Shown one piece after another: positions 1 through 12,534 of a stretch of 64,000 nt of DNA (within the stretch, counting starts at the first letter, position 1; the number at the start of each line of letters is the position of its first letter). Under the pieces are notes generated by a model, which was given only the letters and a program-made list of their open reading frames with translations, was not told the DNA's origin and did no database searches. Source of the DNA: Octopus sinensis (taxonomy: Eukaryota); the NCBI RefSeq assembly GCF_006345805.1, contig NC_043009.1, forward strand, positions 27,404,001 through 27,468,000. The letters run 5' to 3'. A program made the translations under genes and the position numbers.

Positions 1-281
1 TTTATGTTCAGGCTTTGAAATGTGACTTATTTTGGCATTATTTCAAAACAATGTCCAAAACGATTCCTTGTTTTTTGTTTGTGTGTGTGTGTTTCTTTTC
101 TTTCTTTTTTTTTGGACTTTTCCAAATAATTGCAGTTACTTTTAAAATCTTTATCATTTTGACAAAGAATTTAAAATTTCTTAATTTTATTATTTTTTTT
201 TTCTGTAGTTTAATGGTTTACCATTTTTTTTTGTTAGATAATTTGTTTTTTAGTTTGTTTATTAGTTTTTTTTTTCATAAT

Positions 282-739
282 TTAGACAATGACATCTTTT
301 AAAATATATTTTTGTATTTGTGATCCACTGTCTGGGTGGTGTAAAACATAGCTATCTGATGCCATGCTGTCACTGTCCGAAGCAGGTAACATGGCTGCTG
401 ATATGTCATTGTATGGATACTCTTTGCAGTTTTCTGTTAATGTATAACGCAAACCTGTCAAATTTGTAGCCCGGGGTACAGTAGCTGGACCTCCATAAGG
501 AGAGTCAAGAGAATTGGAGACACAGTATTTAAAAGTGGGCCGTTTTGGCGGAGGAGTCTTGGCGCTGAGTTTATCAGATTCAGTTGAAGAAGTATTTGAT
601 AAAATGTCACCATTGAGTGTTTTGGGACAATGATTGGGTCGAAACGTACGTAGGTTTGGAACCCTTCTCACTTCCCCAGGGTTATCCCCATTTTCTTCAT
701 CAAAGGAAGCTTCTGTTGGCACGTGGGTTCCTTTTAAAT
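282..739 (-). CDS. Terminal coding exon of a lophotrochozoan-type protocadherin (cytoplasmic tail)
   Basis: Long T tract plus CAG acceptor ends at 740. Exon opens in phase 1 (x+AT), reads (D)LKGTHVPTEASF...SDSDSMASDSYVLHHPDSGSQIQKYILKDVIV and stops at TAA 282-284. The end resembles, from recall, the S-x-SY...DxVV C-terminal motif of mollusc protocadherins. Phase matches the donor of the 38589 exon. Confidence 0.8.
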
Positions 740-1957
740 CTGGAAAAAAAAAATAAAAAAGTTTTAAACCTATATTAGCCTTTTATTTATTTTATTTTAT
801 ATATATTTTTTTTTGTTACGAAATAACCGTTGAGATAATCTAACTTGTGGAAATTCAGTTTGGAAGGACTACTATTACTACTACTACTACTACTACTACT
901 ACTGAATGCAAAACCAAATGGACATGCAAGGGGCTCTGACTTTTGTTGCCCATGGCCCTACACCTCAACAATGCAACCAGTAAACTTATGAAAGGCCATC
1001 CTAAAACAAACCACCATCTTTATCTGTTCACTTCAGAAATTCTTACTCACCACCAAAAGAAAGAAAAAACATTGAATAACTCATGCAGAAAAATTAGCAG
1101 TAGCACCATTATTCCTCATTAGCCCAAAATACTGTGTTGCACAGACTGTTCATCATTATCATAAAGATAGACGAACAATGTATGTTGCACCCTTCCTCCA
1201 TTTGAGGTCTTTTCGTTTACTCTCCACCCCAACATCCACTGGGCATCTCCCCATCATCACCACCACCACCACCACCACCACCACCAGTACACTTGGGCAT
1301 ACAATAAATGATTAAATAAATAGATAAGTTGGATACCTGATAAAATACATGCAACATGTCTGGATCACCACAGCATATCCCACCTCCATGCAGAGGTGGG
1401 GGCACACACATACACACACACAAACACACACACACACACAAGCACACACACACTCTGATGTGGTGTCCTCATAAGGGTTGGAGGCCAAAGTTAGTATATC
1501 AAGAGAATAATAGACATGTGGGTCTCATCTTACTACTACTACTACAACAACAACTACTACTACTACTACTAATATAGTAACTTGTTAATTTTTAAAAAAT
1601 TTTATTTTATTTTTTTTCTATGTAATACAGAAAACAGCATCATCAACAAGAGAAGGAGTTGTGGAAAGAGTACAAATGACAGTGAGTCAAGCTAATTCAT
1701 TACCATTTGATTAATAATATGATTATAATTAATGATGATGACTGGTACATTTCTATAAGCCATTAATTGTTCTGTTTGCTATCTCTCTCTCTCTATGTAT
1801 CTATCTACCCTCTCTCTCTGTTTTCTCTTCTAATTCCATATTTTACCATTTTTGAGAATACTGCATGATACTAGTAATACATTAGCATTAAGGGCTCAAT
1901 TCCTGATCCCCTGCCCCATAAATAATTGTGTTTTGTGTCTCATCAGCAGAAACTAAC

Positions 1958-2175
1958 ATTGGTTTCAAATTGTGGCACAAGGCCAGCAATTTTATGGGAG
2001 TGGGTAAGTCAATTACACCAACCCCAGTGTGCAACTGGTACTTGTTTTATCGGCTCTAAAAGGATGAAAGGCAAAGTTGACCTTGGCAGAATTTGAACTC
2101 AGAACGTAAAGACAGAGAGAATGCTGCTAAGCATTTTGCCCAACATGTTAATGATTCTGTCAGCTCGTCACCTTA
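1958..2175 (-). mobile_element. tRNA-derived SINE, family A (aaggcggcgagctggcagaatcgttagc head)
   Basis: Matches other copies in the window (11784, 17499, 27455 and the dimers). Box-B-like gagttcaaattc on the minus strand. Confidence 0.85.
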
Positions 2176-2304
2176 GAAGAAATTGTTATTACTTTCATTA
2201 TTGTAACCATTGTTCTTGGTGAGACAGCAAGCTTTCTATGAATCATATGTAAAGCACAGTTTCATTATCTCTCTCTTCTCTCTCTCTCTCTCTCTCTCTC
2301 TTAA

Positions 2305-2600
2305 TCTTTGTAAGCCTAGTACTTATTCTATCAATACCTTTTGCCAAACTGCTAAGTTACGGAGATGTAAACACACAAGCATCAGTTGTCAAGCGATATT
2401 GGGGGACAAACAAAGACACGCAAACATATACATATATACAATGGGCTTCTTTCAGTTTGAGGCCTACCAAATCCACTCACAAGGCTTTGGCTGACTCAAG
2501 GCTATAGTAGAAGACACATGCCCAAGGTGCCATGCAGTGGGAAGGAACCCGGAACCATGTGGCTGGTAAGCAAGCTACTTACCACACGGCCACTCCTGCA

Positions 2601-2602
<2 letters not shown>
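2305..2602 (-). mobile_element. tRNA-derived SINE, family B (ggcgcaggagtggctgtgtggtaag head)
   Basis: Colinear similarity to copies at 29702, 44099, 54700 and 63224. tRNA-like head and internal (TA/TG)n. Confidence 0.85.
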
Positions 2603-2640
<38 letters not shown>

Positions 2641-3310
2641 AAAAAGCTATAAATTTTCACTATTTTCTATTTGGTTTCATTGAAGACTTGGAGAAAATTC
2701 AAAAGATAAGAAAACCTTATCCTTGAAAAGCAGCAAATTGGTTGAACATCAGACAAAATGCTTTATTGCATTTATTTTGGCTCTTTGTATTCTGAGCTCA
2801 AACTTGTCAATGTTAACTTTGCTTTTTATCCTCCTGGGGTCAATTAAATAAGTAGAAATCTAAGGCGACAGATTTGCAGAATTGTTAGAACATTCCACAA
2901 AAAATATTCTTCACCATTTGTTCTGGGTCTTTGTATTCTGAGTGCTGAGGCAGGTAAGGTGAACTTGTGGACAAAATAGTATTTTGTAAAAGAAAAAACC
3001 CAAAACAAAGCAACAGAAAATCACCGCTGTATTCTTCCATAAAAATTCCTTGAAATTACCAAGAGTTTTTTGAGAACTATTGCACAGAAAAGGAAATAGT
3101 AAATTGGAAGAAATCATTACCATCTTGATGTAACAGACTCTGTAAGTGAGCATCTAGGAAAGGAAGAATTCTTTATAAAATACTATTTCATTATATGTAT
3201 AATTTATTTATATAATGTTTAAGCCAACATTAGAAGTAAATAAAGAGAGAGAGCTGAATAATGATCAGAAAACCTCTGATAGCATCAGAAAACCTCTAAT
3301 GGCAAAGTCA

Positions 3311-3490
3311 TTAACCATTTTGTTGCCATATTTCTGATGAAATACATTGCCTTGGTTTCAATCAGTTTTTTAAATTTTGAAGAATTTCATAAAATAACTT
3401 AGCAATTATTAAGTTAGTGTTTGGAACAATTTATACAATAGCATGGCATTTTCATAGAAGGTTTAAATTTAGATCACAATAAAACAGAGA
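3311..3490 (+). repeat. Dispersed repeat beginning TTAA; second copy at 36020-36215 (possibly a piggyBac-type non-autonomous end)
   Basis: Both copies share ccatatttctg..gaaatac..tgcc..tgtttcaat...gtgtttggaaca...tttagat. The piggyBac assignment rests only on the TTAA start. Confidence 0.55.
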
Positions 3491-3974
3491 AGGGTGGTCT
3501 CAACTGGATTGGTTAGGATAAGGGGATATATATAACAATTATATGGACATAAATGCATGAATGTACTTATAGAAATGAGTGATTATATATTCACCTATAC
3601 ATATATCATATTAAGTCCTGGTAGGGTACAAAGGAAGGGTATTTGCAGAGAAGCACTCTGTTGGGTTCCAGAAATTACATGAATTTTCCCTTTGGATTTT
3701 TGCATAAATTGGCATTGCAAGCAGAGTTGGTCCAGAAATAATTGTAACGAATCAGTTGTGTTAAAGAATTTCTTTTGTCTTTTTATTATTTGGTTTATTC
3801 ATTCATACATACATACATATATATATGTGTGTGTGTGCATGTGCATGTGTGTGTGTGCATGTGTCTTCTATTTTTTAATCATTATAAATCTTGCACTGAG
3901 GATGAAGCCAGTTTTCAACAAAGATACAAGGCTCCATATTTGGGATGTAGTTAACAGAGGCAAATTCACATATT

Positions 3975-4079
3975 TGTATGTATGTATGTATGTATGTATG
4001 TATGTATATATGTATATATGTATGTAAGTATGTATATATGTATGTATATATGTATATATGTATATATATATGTAATATG

Positions 4080-4113
<34 letters not shown>

Positions 4114-4218
4114 CGTATTTATGAATGTATGTACGTATGTATGTATGTAAGTATGTATATATGTATGTATGTATTTATGAATGTATGTATGTATGTAGGT
4201 ATGAATGTATGTATGTGC
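3975..4218. repeat. (TATG)n/(TA)n microsatellite
   Basis: Direct inspection. Confidence 0.95.
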
Positions 4219-4471
4219 TGATTGTGAGCAAATATGTGACAGTGATCTTGTGATTATCTTCAAATCTGTGTGTGCTGGTGCTTTGAGATTACAATTTAAA
4301 TAAATGCACCAGTCTGCAGGTATGTTGGTACACTGATGCCAGTGTTAATGTTCAGTTATGACTGCATAAGTAATTATGTGTTCCGAAGTGTGTGTACTTA
4401 TGAATGTGCTATTTTTGTTGTTTCTTGGCTGCATATTTCTACAGAGCTTGTATATATATATATATTATAAC

Positions 4472-4806
4472 AGCCCTCTGTTGATTGCAGCAATGAGGGT
4501 TCCAGTTGATCCAGTCAATGGAACAGCCTGCTCACGAAAATAACGTACAAGTGGCTGAGCACTCTACAGTAATTTTTAACGTAATTCTACAGCACTCTTA
4601 ACGTAATTCTCAGGGAGATTCAGCGAGACACAGAATATGACAAGCTCACCCTTTGAAATACAGATACTACTCATTTTTGCCATTTGAGTGGACTGGAGCA
4701 ATGTGAAGTGAAGTTTCTTGCTCAAGGACACAAGGCATCACCATGGATTGAACACACAGTCTTACAACTGTGAGTTGAGTACCCTAACCACTAAGCCATG
4801 TGCCTT
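4472..4806 (-). mobile_element. tRNA-derived SINE, family C (older copy)
   Basis: Reverse complement aligns along its length with the young copy at 12207-12534. Short internal duplication of ttaacgtaattct. Confidence 0.85.
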
Positions 4807-4897
4807 TACTTATATATAATATAACTCTTATAACAACAAAAATTATATATTTAAATACATCAGACAACAGATACATCAGGTAGGAAATATATATAAA

Positions 4898-4954
<57 letters not shown>

Positions 4955-5081
4955 ATATATATGTATGTATAAATATATATATATATAGCTATGTGTACAT
5001 GTGTGTGTATGTGTATGTGTTTGTATGCATACATATATATATGTGTACATATATATGTGTGTGTGTCTCTCTATATATATG

Positions 5082-5130
<49 letters not shown>

Positions 5131-5645
5131 CATAATAATTAAATATCAATTGAGCTTCAAATAAACAGAGATGTGAAATCGATATTAACTGGACAATTAT
5201 AATGAATATTACACAAATAAACAAGAACCACATAATTTAATTACATTAGTAGCCAATATTTGTATAAATATACATTTGTATTTGTTTGGTTTTTGATACA
5301 GACTTACAGGAAATAAATATAGATTCAGTCGTGCACCAGATCACACCTACACTTGATAAGGACTGGAGAATTTGTAGATTAGTGATAAATAATGAGAAGA
5401 TATCCTGAAACTTAATTAAATATTATATTTCCATCTGCATAAGATTGGACTTCAATATAGTGTGGAAATTAGAGCTGAATGATTAGAAATAACATTGTGC
5501 CAGTATATTATTATTATTATTTGCCAAGATCGAATAATAATACCCTTTTGGGGTCGATTAGATAAGTACCAGTTATGCAATGGGGTCGATGTAATCACCT
5601 TAATTCCTTCCCCCAAATTTGAGGCCTTGTGCTTCCAGTAGAAAG

Positions 5646-5656
5646 GATTATTATTA

Positions 5657-5702
<46 letters not shown>

Positions 5703-5800
5703 CATTATTATCATTATTATTATTATTATTATCATTCTTCTTCTTCTTCTTATTGCTATTATTATTATTATTATTGTTGTTATTTTTATTATTATTATTA
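5646..5800. repeat. (ATT)n microsatellite
   Basis: Direct inspection. Confidence 0.95.
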
Positions 5801-6320
5801 TTTGAAAAGAAAAGTGAGGGTGGAGAGGGAAGTACTGTCTCTCAGAGAATTTGTCAAACAGTGGGGGTGGCGGCAAAAATAGTGAGGGTGGAGGGACCTG
5901 TTCTAATTATGCATGAGTAAATTGGGGAACAACCGTTGGGTAAGGATTTGTGCACTCTTTCACTGAAAACTGATGGCTTTTTACCTAAATTATAAATAAT
6001 TATTTAGATCATTCCTAAACAGATCCTTCAATGGTGCCTCTAGGCTATTCTGGTGCTCCATACGTAGTGCTAACATGCCAATAGTTTTCACTTCTACATT
6101 TTCCTTCAGTATATCTATGCATGTTAGTGTAGAATGCAGTGCTATCATAAGGAGAGAAAACACTGGGCAGTTGTCCCTTTGTCCCCATGTGTCAAGAGGG
6201 TATATGCTAATATATATGGTTTGTTTGTGTAGGGTACTAAATATTTTGTTTTGCCCAGAGGCCTGTAACACTGTTGAAAGAGCCTTGGTGGCATGACTTT
6301 TCCTTTGCTGCCCACATATT

Positions 6321-6762
6321 CTTTTCTACTCTAGGCACAAAGCCCCAAATTTTTGGTGAGGGGGGGGGGGGCAAGTGATTTAATTGACCCCGGTATGCAA
6401 CTGGTACTTAATTTATCGACCCTGAAAGAATAAAAGGCAAAGTTGACCTCAGCAGAATTTGAACTCAGAATGTAAAGACAGACGAAATACAACTAAGCAT
6501 TTCGTCCAGTGAGCTAATGTTTCTTATTTCTTTATTGCCCACAAGGTACTAAACATAGAGGGGACAAACAAGGACAGAGAAAGGGATTAAGTCGATTATA
6601 TCGACCCCAGTGCTTAACTGGTACTTAATTTATTGACACCGAAAGGATGAAAGGCAAAGTTGACCGTAGCGGAATTTGAACTCAGAACATAAAGACAGAT
6701 GAAATACCACTAAGCATTTCGTCCAGTGTGCTAACGATACTGCCAGCTCACCACCTTCTTTT
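6321..6762 (-). mobile_element. Dimeric family-A SINE with a 13-bp target-site duplication
   Basis: Two tandem SINE cores with different 3' tails. ctgcccacatatt occurs at 6308-6320 and 6763-6775. Confidence 0.9.
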
Positions 6763-7160
6763 CTGCCCACATATTGCTTCCCATAGTACCAGCAGGCCTT
6801 CTGGGACCTCCTGGTGTCTCTAACACTGACTAGTAACCTTCACTCTTTTAACTACTACCTTCTCACTCAACCCTGACAATCCCCTTTATACAAATGTTTA
6901 TTGCTAACATGCTTCTTCTGATTGATGTTGAGTATAGCATGTAGTTCCCTGGTGTAGCATCAGAGCTGGTGCCATGCACACACTAGTAACATCAGGTAAT
7001 CCCTATGGATGCTAAAATCATCTGGCACCACACAAATTCTGAATAGTTTGGATAAAATTCCTTAATCTGACTAAAAACATCAATTTATAAGGAGAATGAG
7101 AAAGCAAAGAAAAAGAAAAAGAAAAACTATATAGTAAATGTTTGTTTACTCTTAAGTATC

Positions 7161-7325
7161 CTATTTCTTTACTACCCACAGAGAGGACAAACCAGGTCAG
7201 ACAAACGGATTAAGTCGATTATATCGACCCCAGTGCGTAACTGGTACTTATCTAATTGACCCCGGTAATGGTAGATGAAATATCGCTAAGCATTTCGCCC
7301 GGCGTGCTAATGTTTCTGTCAACTC
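7161..7325 (-). mobile_element. Family-A SINE, internally deleted
   Basis: tatttctttactaccc tail and gctaagcatttcgcccggcgtgctaa head, with the middle missing. Confidence 0.75.
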
Positions 7326-8329
7326 ATCCATAGTGCCAATGAAGAATTGTGGTTGTCTAGGCAATGGTTTGGCAATAGCAAAGTGGATCATCACTAACTG
7401 AACTATTGTTTATTAAATATTACATGGAATTGCTTCTGGTTATATTCACAAAACAGTCATAGTTAAGAGGTGGTGCACTTTGTCAGACAAACCAAGAGAG
7501 CTGGATGTTCTAGTGTTGGTCCTGTGTGGTGGTACCCATCCAGAGACTTCTACAGAGTCCTGCATTCGCATATATATATAATAATGGACTCTACTGTTGT
7601 ATAGAAGAAACTGAGCATGATAGGTTGAGGGTGTACAATGTTCCACACACACACACACTAAACAATAAATGTAAATAATGAATCAGGCTATTTTATTTTG
7701 CTCAGTCACTTCTTTCTTTCATTCTTAAAATTCCACACATCACAGATGACATTGTAACAATATTTCTTAACGTTCTTCACATTGTATTTACCAAACATTG
7801 TTATATAAAGTCAAAAATTAAAAGAAAAATAAAAGAAAAAAAAACACATAGAAATGAACAAATAATGTAAAAATCAAATTGAATGACGTCATTTGTTAGA
7901 TAAACAAGTGTCTGTTTGATTTTATTTGCTTGTGTGTCTTCTATTAGTTCAGATCAATATTGAACTAGTTATCTTGTTAAAATGAGATCAATACGCAAAT
8001 TAATAGATTTTTTTTTCTGGCTTGGTCTGCTCACACACTACAATACACCAAAATCTATTTGTTAGTAATTTTGTCATGGACACTTAACTACAAAGGAGGT
8101 CTTTACAACGAACATTCTGATTTTTTATTTATATTTTACGTTTTGATTTTAAATCAATTTTATTTCATGTTTATGAAAAAGTCATTTTTTTTCACAATGA
8201 ATTTTTTTTTATGAGCCATTTTATGTTCAATATTAATTAAATAAGGAAAGACATTGCATTGACCTTGAGCGAAGCAGTTTACTCTATTAGTCATTGTCTG
8301 TTAAATTATTACTGAAATGTTTTAGATGC

Positions 8330-8705
8330 AAGCATTGCTGTGTGATTAAGAAGTTAATTTCTAACCACAAGCTTTAGGTTTCAATTCCACTATATGGCAC
8401 CTTGGGCAAACAACTTCTGCTCCAGTTCTGGGCCAACAAATTCATTGTAAGAGAATTTAGTCAATGGAAACTATGCAGAAGCCTGGCATATATATATATT
8501 CCTATATATGTGTGTATGTGTTTGTTTCTCACCTGTTGACAATCGATGTAGGTTTGCTTATGTCCCTGTAACTTAGTGGCTTAGTAAAAAGAGATGAGTA
8601 GAATAAGTAGGAGACTTAAAAACTAAGTACCAGGTTTGATTTCTTTAGCTAAATCCTACACAGTAGTGCTCCAGCATGACTGCCGTTCAATGACTGAATA
8701 AAAGA
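8330..8705 (+). mobile_element. Family-B SINE, degenerate
   Basis: Head, ggcaccttgggcaa body, and ctccagcatg...aatgactgaa tail are recognisable. Confidence 0.7.
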
Positions 8706-8902
8706 ATAATCCAATTTACTCAATATTTAATGTATTCTGAAATAAATGCTAGATTGAGCATGATCGATGCCAGTGCTGGCTGACTGGTCTTGTGCCAGTG
8801 GCACATAAAAAGCATCATTCGAGCATGGTCGTTGCCAGTGCCACCTAACTGTCCCTCGTACCAGTGGCACATAAAAAACACCCACTACACTCATTATCAT
8901 CA

Positions 8903-8957
<55 letters not shown>

Positions 8958-8975
8958 CATTATTATTCAGGTCTT

Positions 8976-9046
8976 GGGCATATGGTGTTGTGGTTAAGAG
9001 CACGGGCTACTAACCCCAAGATTCTGAGTTTGATTCTAAGCAGTGA

Positions 9047-9107
<61 letters not shown>

Positions 9108-9286
9108 CACAACATTGAAAAATACCTTAGGAATGAGAACCCACGTTTGAAATTTCCCCAAGACACCTGATGAAGGCTGGAGGGTATATCAGACAAAACG
9201 TTGTGTTAACAACAAACAAGATGAGGAGAAATAGCTATCAAATGTAAATAACGTACATAATTCCTCATCTCTTAAATATAGAACTG
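8976..9286 (+). mobile_element. tRNA-headed element with (AAT)n spacer and hammerhead-bearing body
   Basis: A-box-like tggtgttgtgg at 8983-8993, B-box-like gtttgattc at 9028-9036, (AAT)n at 9051-9106, and a hammerhead-like motif at 9162-9206. Confidence 0.65.
9162..9206 (+). ncRNA. Degenerate minimal type I hammerhead ribozyme motif
   Basis: Stem I gacac/gtgtt, core CTGATGA, stem II ggctg/cagac with one mismatch, AAAA in place of GAAA, then palindromic aacgtt with a GUU site. Confidence 0.55.
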
Positions 9287-11783
9287 CAAAATTTTCTCTG
9301 ATTCTAATTGCACAGAACAAACGACAGAGGATCAGTAATTGGAAAAATGTCGACAAAAATTAATAACGTTAGTAGTGATTGAGTTAGTTTGTTAGTAGAA
9401 ATATTAATCAGACATGATCAATATATCACAACACAGCCAGAAGCTGCTGCTGCTGCTGGAAAGTTCAATCAACAAATAATACATTCCAACAATTAAAACA
9501 ATTAAAAGCTGTTAAAGTCATTATTTACACTTAGATATCGGTTAATAGCTTTTCTTGTTAATCATTAACACCAAAACACGAGGGGGCCACTAGGTTAATA
9601 ATTAATATTTTTCATCGTCGTCATCATCATTGTTGTTATTATTATCATTAGCCTCCTCCCCCTCCTCTTCCATCTCATCATCATCATCATTATCATTATC
9701 ATCATTCTCCTCACCATTGTCAACATCATTATCATCATCGTCGTGATCATCATTGTTATCACTGTCATCGATGTTGTCATCATTGTCATCATCAACATCA
9801 TCATCATTGTGGTGTGTATATGTGTGTGTGTGTGTGCTTGTGTATCTAATACAAACCATTTGCATTTCTTCCTGGACATCAACTAAACTATTTATTCAAA
9901 ATATTTCATTATCACCAATTAATCATATAAACCTTCAGTTTTATTTCTTAATAAATTTTCTCATTATTTCTGAAATCTTTCAAATGTTTTTGCTTTATTT
10001 TAATTTTTTTTTTGCTTATTTGAATTAATTTTTTTTCTACTTTTTACTTAATTTTGCTTAATTGAACCCTTTCATATCTATCTAATTTGCTTATTACAAA
10101 AAAAAGAAGTTTAATTTTCTCCTCTAATTATCAACTTCATTAAATATACCACATGGCCAACTCCATCAAGTGTGTCATTTAGTTTCAAAGGAAAATAATT
10201 ATGAAAATTAATGTTTCTTGTGTTGCTTCATTAAAGAAAAAATCTATATTTCAAACGACTGTAATTATATTTATTCTTCATTTAAATTTTTCAAAGATCA
10301 ATACTATCACTGATTATTTTCCATAACCATTTTAACTTTAATACATGAAAAATTTCTCATCTGTAAATTTGAAATAAAAAAAAAAAAATTCCTGTATCTC
10401 ATTTTCTTTCACTGTATTTTCCAGTATACAAACCAAATTTTTTGTGACCAAAATTTGCAGTCAAAAATGGTAGGTCGACTTATACATCAAGAAGACTTCA
10501 GGGGTCCAAGAAATTCCATGGGAAACGCAGCAGGGTTTGGAAAGATTGTGAACACCATTTGAATGTTTACACTTCATGTTTACACTAAACATTATGTTGA
10601 TCTGTATACCAGAAAATATTTGTAGTTTCTTTAAAATTAATAACAACTGTTTAAATTCTAAATTGGGGTTGTTATTTAAAAACAAATTAAAGAATAAACA
10701 AGTTTAAGAACACTTATTGATGTGGGACTCAATACTAGGAGTAGAATCAAATCTATTATTGTAAAATTTGTATTGACTGAGATATGTTTTGCTGACAGAT
10801 TATTCAATCATGTTACAAAATGAAATAAAATCTGAGAGATATAATGAAAATACTTTTTATAAATTCCCTAAAATATACATTTCAATCATAGATGCTATTT
10901 TAAATATTCTCATAATATTATATATACCCATACACATGCATATATGTATGTATATATCACACTATGCATTGTATTATATCTTTCAATGAAGAATTAAATT
11001 ATGCTTATTTTGGTCTTACAAGAGCAGAAGCAACATTGTTGCTGAAAGATAGGCTAAATATACTCTAACCATATTATTTATATGATAGTGGTTACAAAAA
11101 AAAAACCTTGAGGTCATAAGCATTTGTAAAAGAATTAGTAGCCATAAGAAACCTCAGATATTAGATTACTTAATATCCATATTTATTTTTTTAATTTCCA
11201 ACTTCAATGTCAAAAAACAGAAAAAAGAAGTAGCTATTCATTTCTTCAAATTAATCCTTAAAGCATAATTTTTAAGACACATGCACTTTCCATTACAACC
11301 ATGCATTCGTTAGTACTACTGACACTCTGGAAGCAGTTGTTGGTTAGTACATCCACAATTGGTTAGTTTACAAAGTTCAAAGCTCCTGCATTACTAAATT
11401 GTCATTACTAATTATTTTAATTATACAGTTTTTTCTAAATATCTAATTCTTCATCCAGATCATTTCTTAAGTGATTCAGTAATGAGAATTAAATTCAGAG
11501 TAATTAATTATTTGAATTGTTACCACTGTTTAGTTTATGATTACACTAACAATTTTTTCTGAATATTAAATTCTTTATCCAACCCTATATTATTTATTTA
11601 TTTATTGTATTAATTTGGTTATTTTACTGTAACATCAGGGTCAGAACTAGGAATAGGTATATTCAAGTGAAAAAGAAAAAAAAAAAGATGAAATATGATA
11701 CCGATTTTTTTGCACAAAAGTTGGGGTCACATTATATTTGAGATTGTTCTGTATTTGATTCCCCAAGGTAATTTTATTGCATA

Positions 11784-12005
11784 ATTGATTTCAAATTTTG
11801 GTACAAGGCCAGCAATTTCGTGGGAGTAGGTAAGTCAATTACATGGACCCCCACCCTCAGAGTTCACCTGGTACATATCTTATTGGACCCAAAAGGATGA
11901 AAGACAAGCCATCCTCGGCAGAATTTAAAGTCAGAATGTGAAGATGAACGAAATGCCACTAAGCATTTTGCCTGGTATGCTAACGATTCTGCCAGCTTGC
12001 CATCT
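11784..12005 (-). mobile_element. Family-A SINE
   Basis: Similarity to 1958-2175. Confidence 0.8.
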
Positions 12006-12206
12006 TATTACATGATAATTAAAAATTGGATAATGCATGATGGGCTTAAAACTTCAAACTCTATCATCATTTCTTTAAGAATTTCACAATTGATCTTAAA
12101 ATCATTTATCAGCACATAATTTACTCTATCCATATATTTAATTGTACAAAACACACAACGTAGTCAAATTTGTTTCCATAATCTCTTCGATATTATTAGT
12201 TATTTT

Positions 12207-12534
12207 GGGTGAGGGCGCGTGGCTTAGTGGCTAGGGCATTCGGCTCATGATCGTAAGGTTGTGAGTTCGATTCCCGGCGACGCGTTGTGTCCTTGAGCAA
12301 GACACTTTATTTCACGTTGCTCCAGTCCACTCAGCTGGCAAAAATGAGTTGTACTTGTATTTCAAAGGGTCAGCCTTGTCACTCTCTGTGTCACGCTGAT
12401 TATCCCCGAGAACTACGTTAAGGGTACACGTGTCTGTGGAATGCTCAGCCATTTGCACGTTAATTTCACGAGCAAGCTGTTCCGTTGATCGTATCAGCTG
12501 GGACCCTCGTTGTCGTAACCGGCGGAGTCTTTAA
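12207..12534 (+). mobile_element. Young full-length family-C tRNA-SINE with a 12-bp target-site duplication
   Basis: A box tggcttagtgg at 12220-12230, B box gttcgattcc at 12265-12274, CpGs retained. attagttatttt occurs at 12195-12206 and 12535-12546. Confidence 0.92.

Noticed and set aside
7446-7560. Possible cassette exon (DSVEVSGWVPPHR...)
   Set aside because: No pyrimidine tract, the phase-1 frame needed for the protocadherin hits a stop, and there is no good donor.
9595-9882. Asp/Asn-rich minus-strand ORF (NDDDVDDDNDD...)
   Set aside because: Degenerate (CAT/GAT)n repeat running into (CA)n. The same applies to 51536-52177.
10420-11750. pogo-like subterminal motifs (ggtcgacttatac; ggggtcacattatat)
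   Set aside because: No matching TIR pair, TSD or colinear transposase motifs could be established.
12213-12285. tRNA gene calls at SINE heads (also 32358 and 8976)
   Set aside because: A and B boxes are present, but there is no closed acceptor stem or terminator and each head runs into a repeated non-tRNA body.
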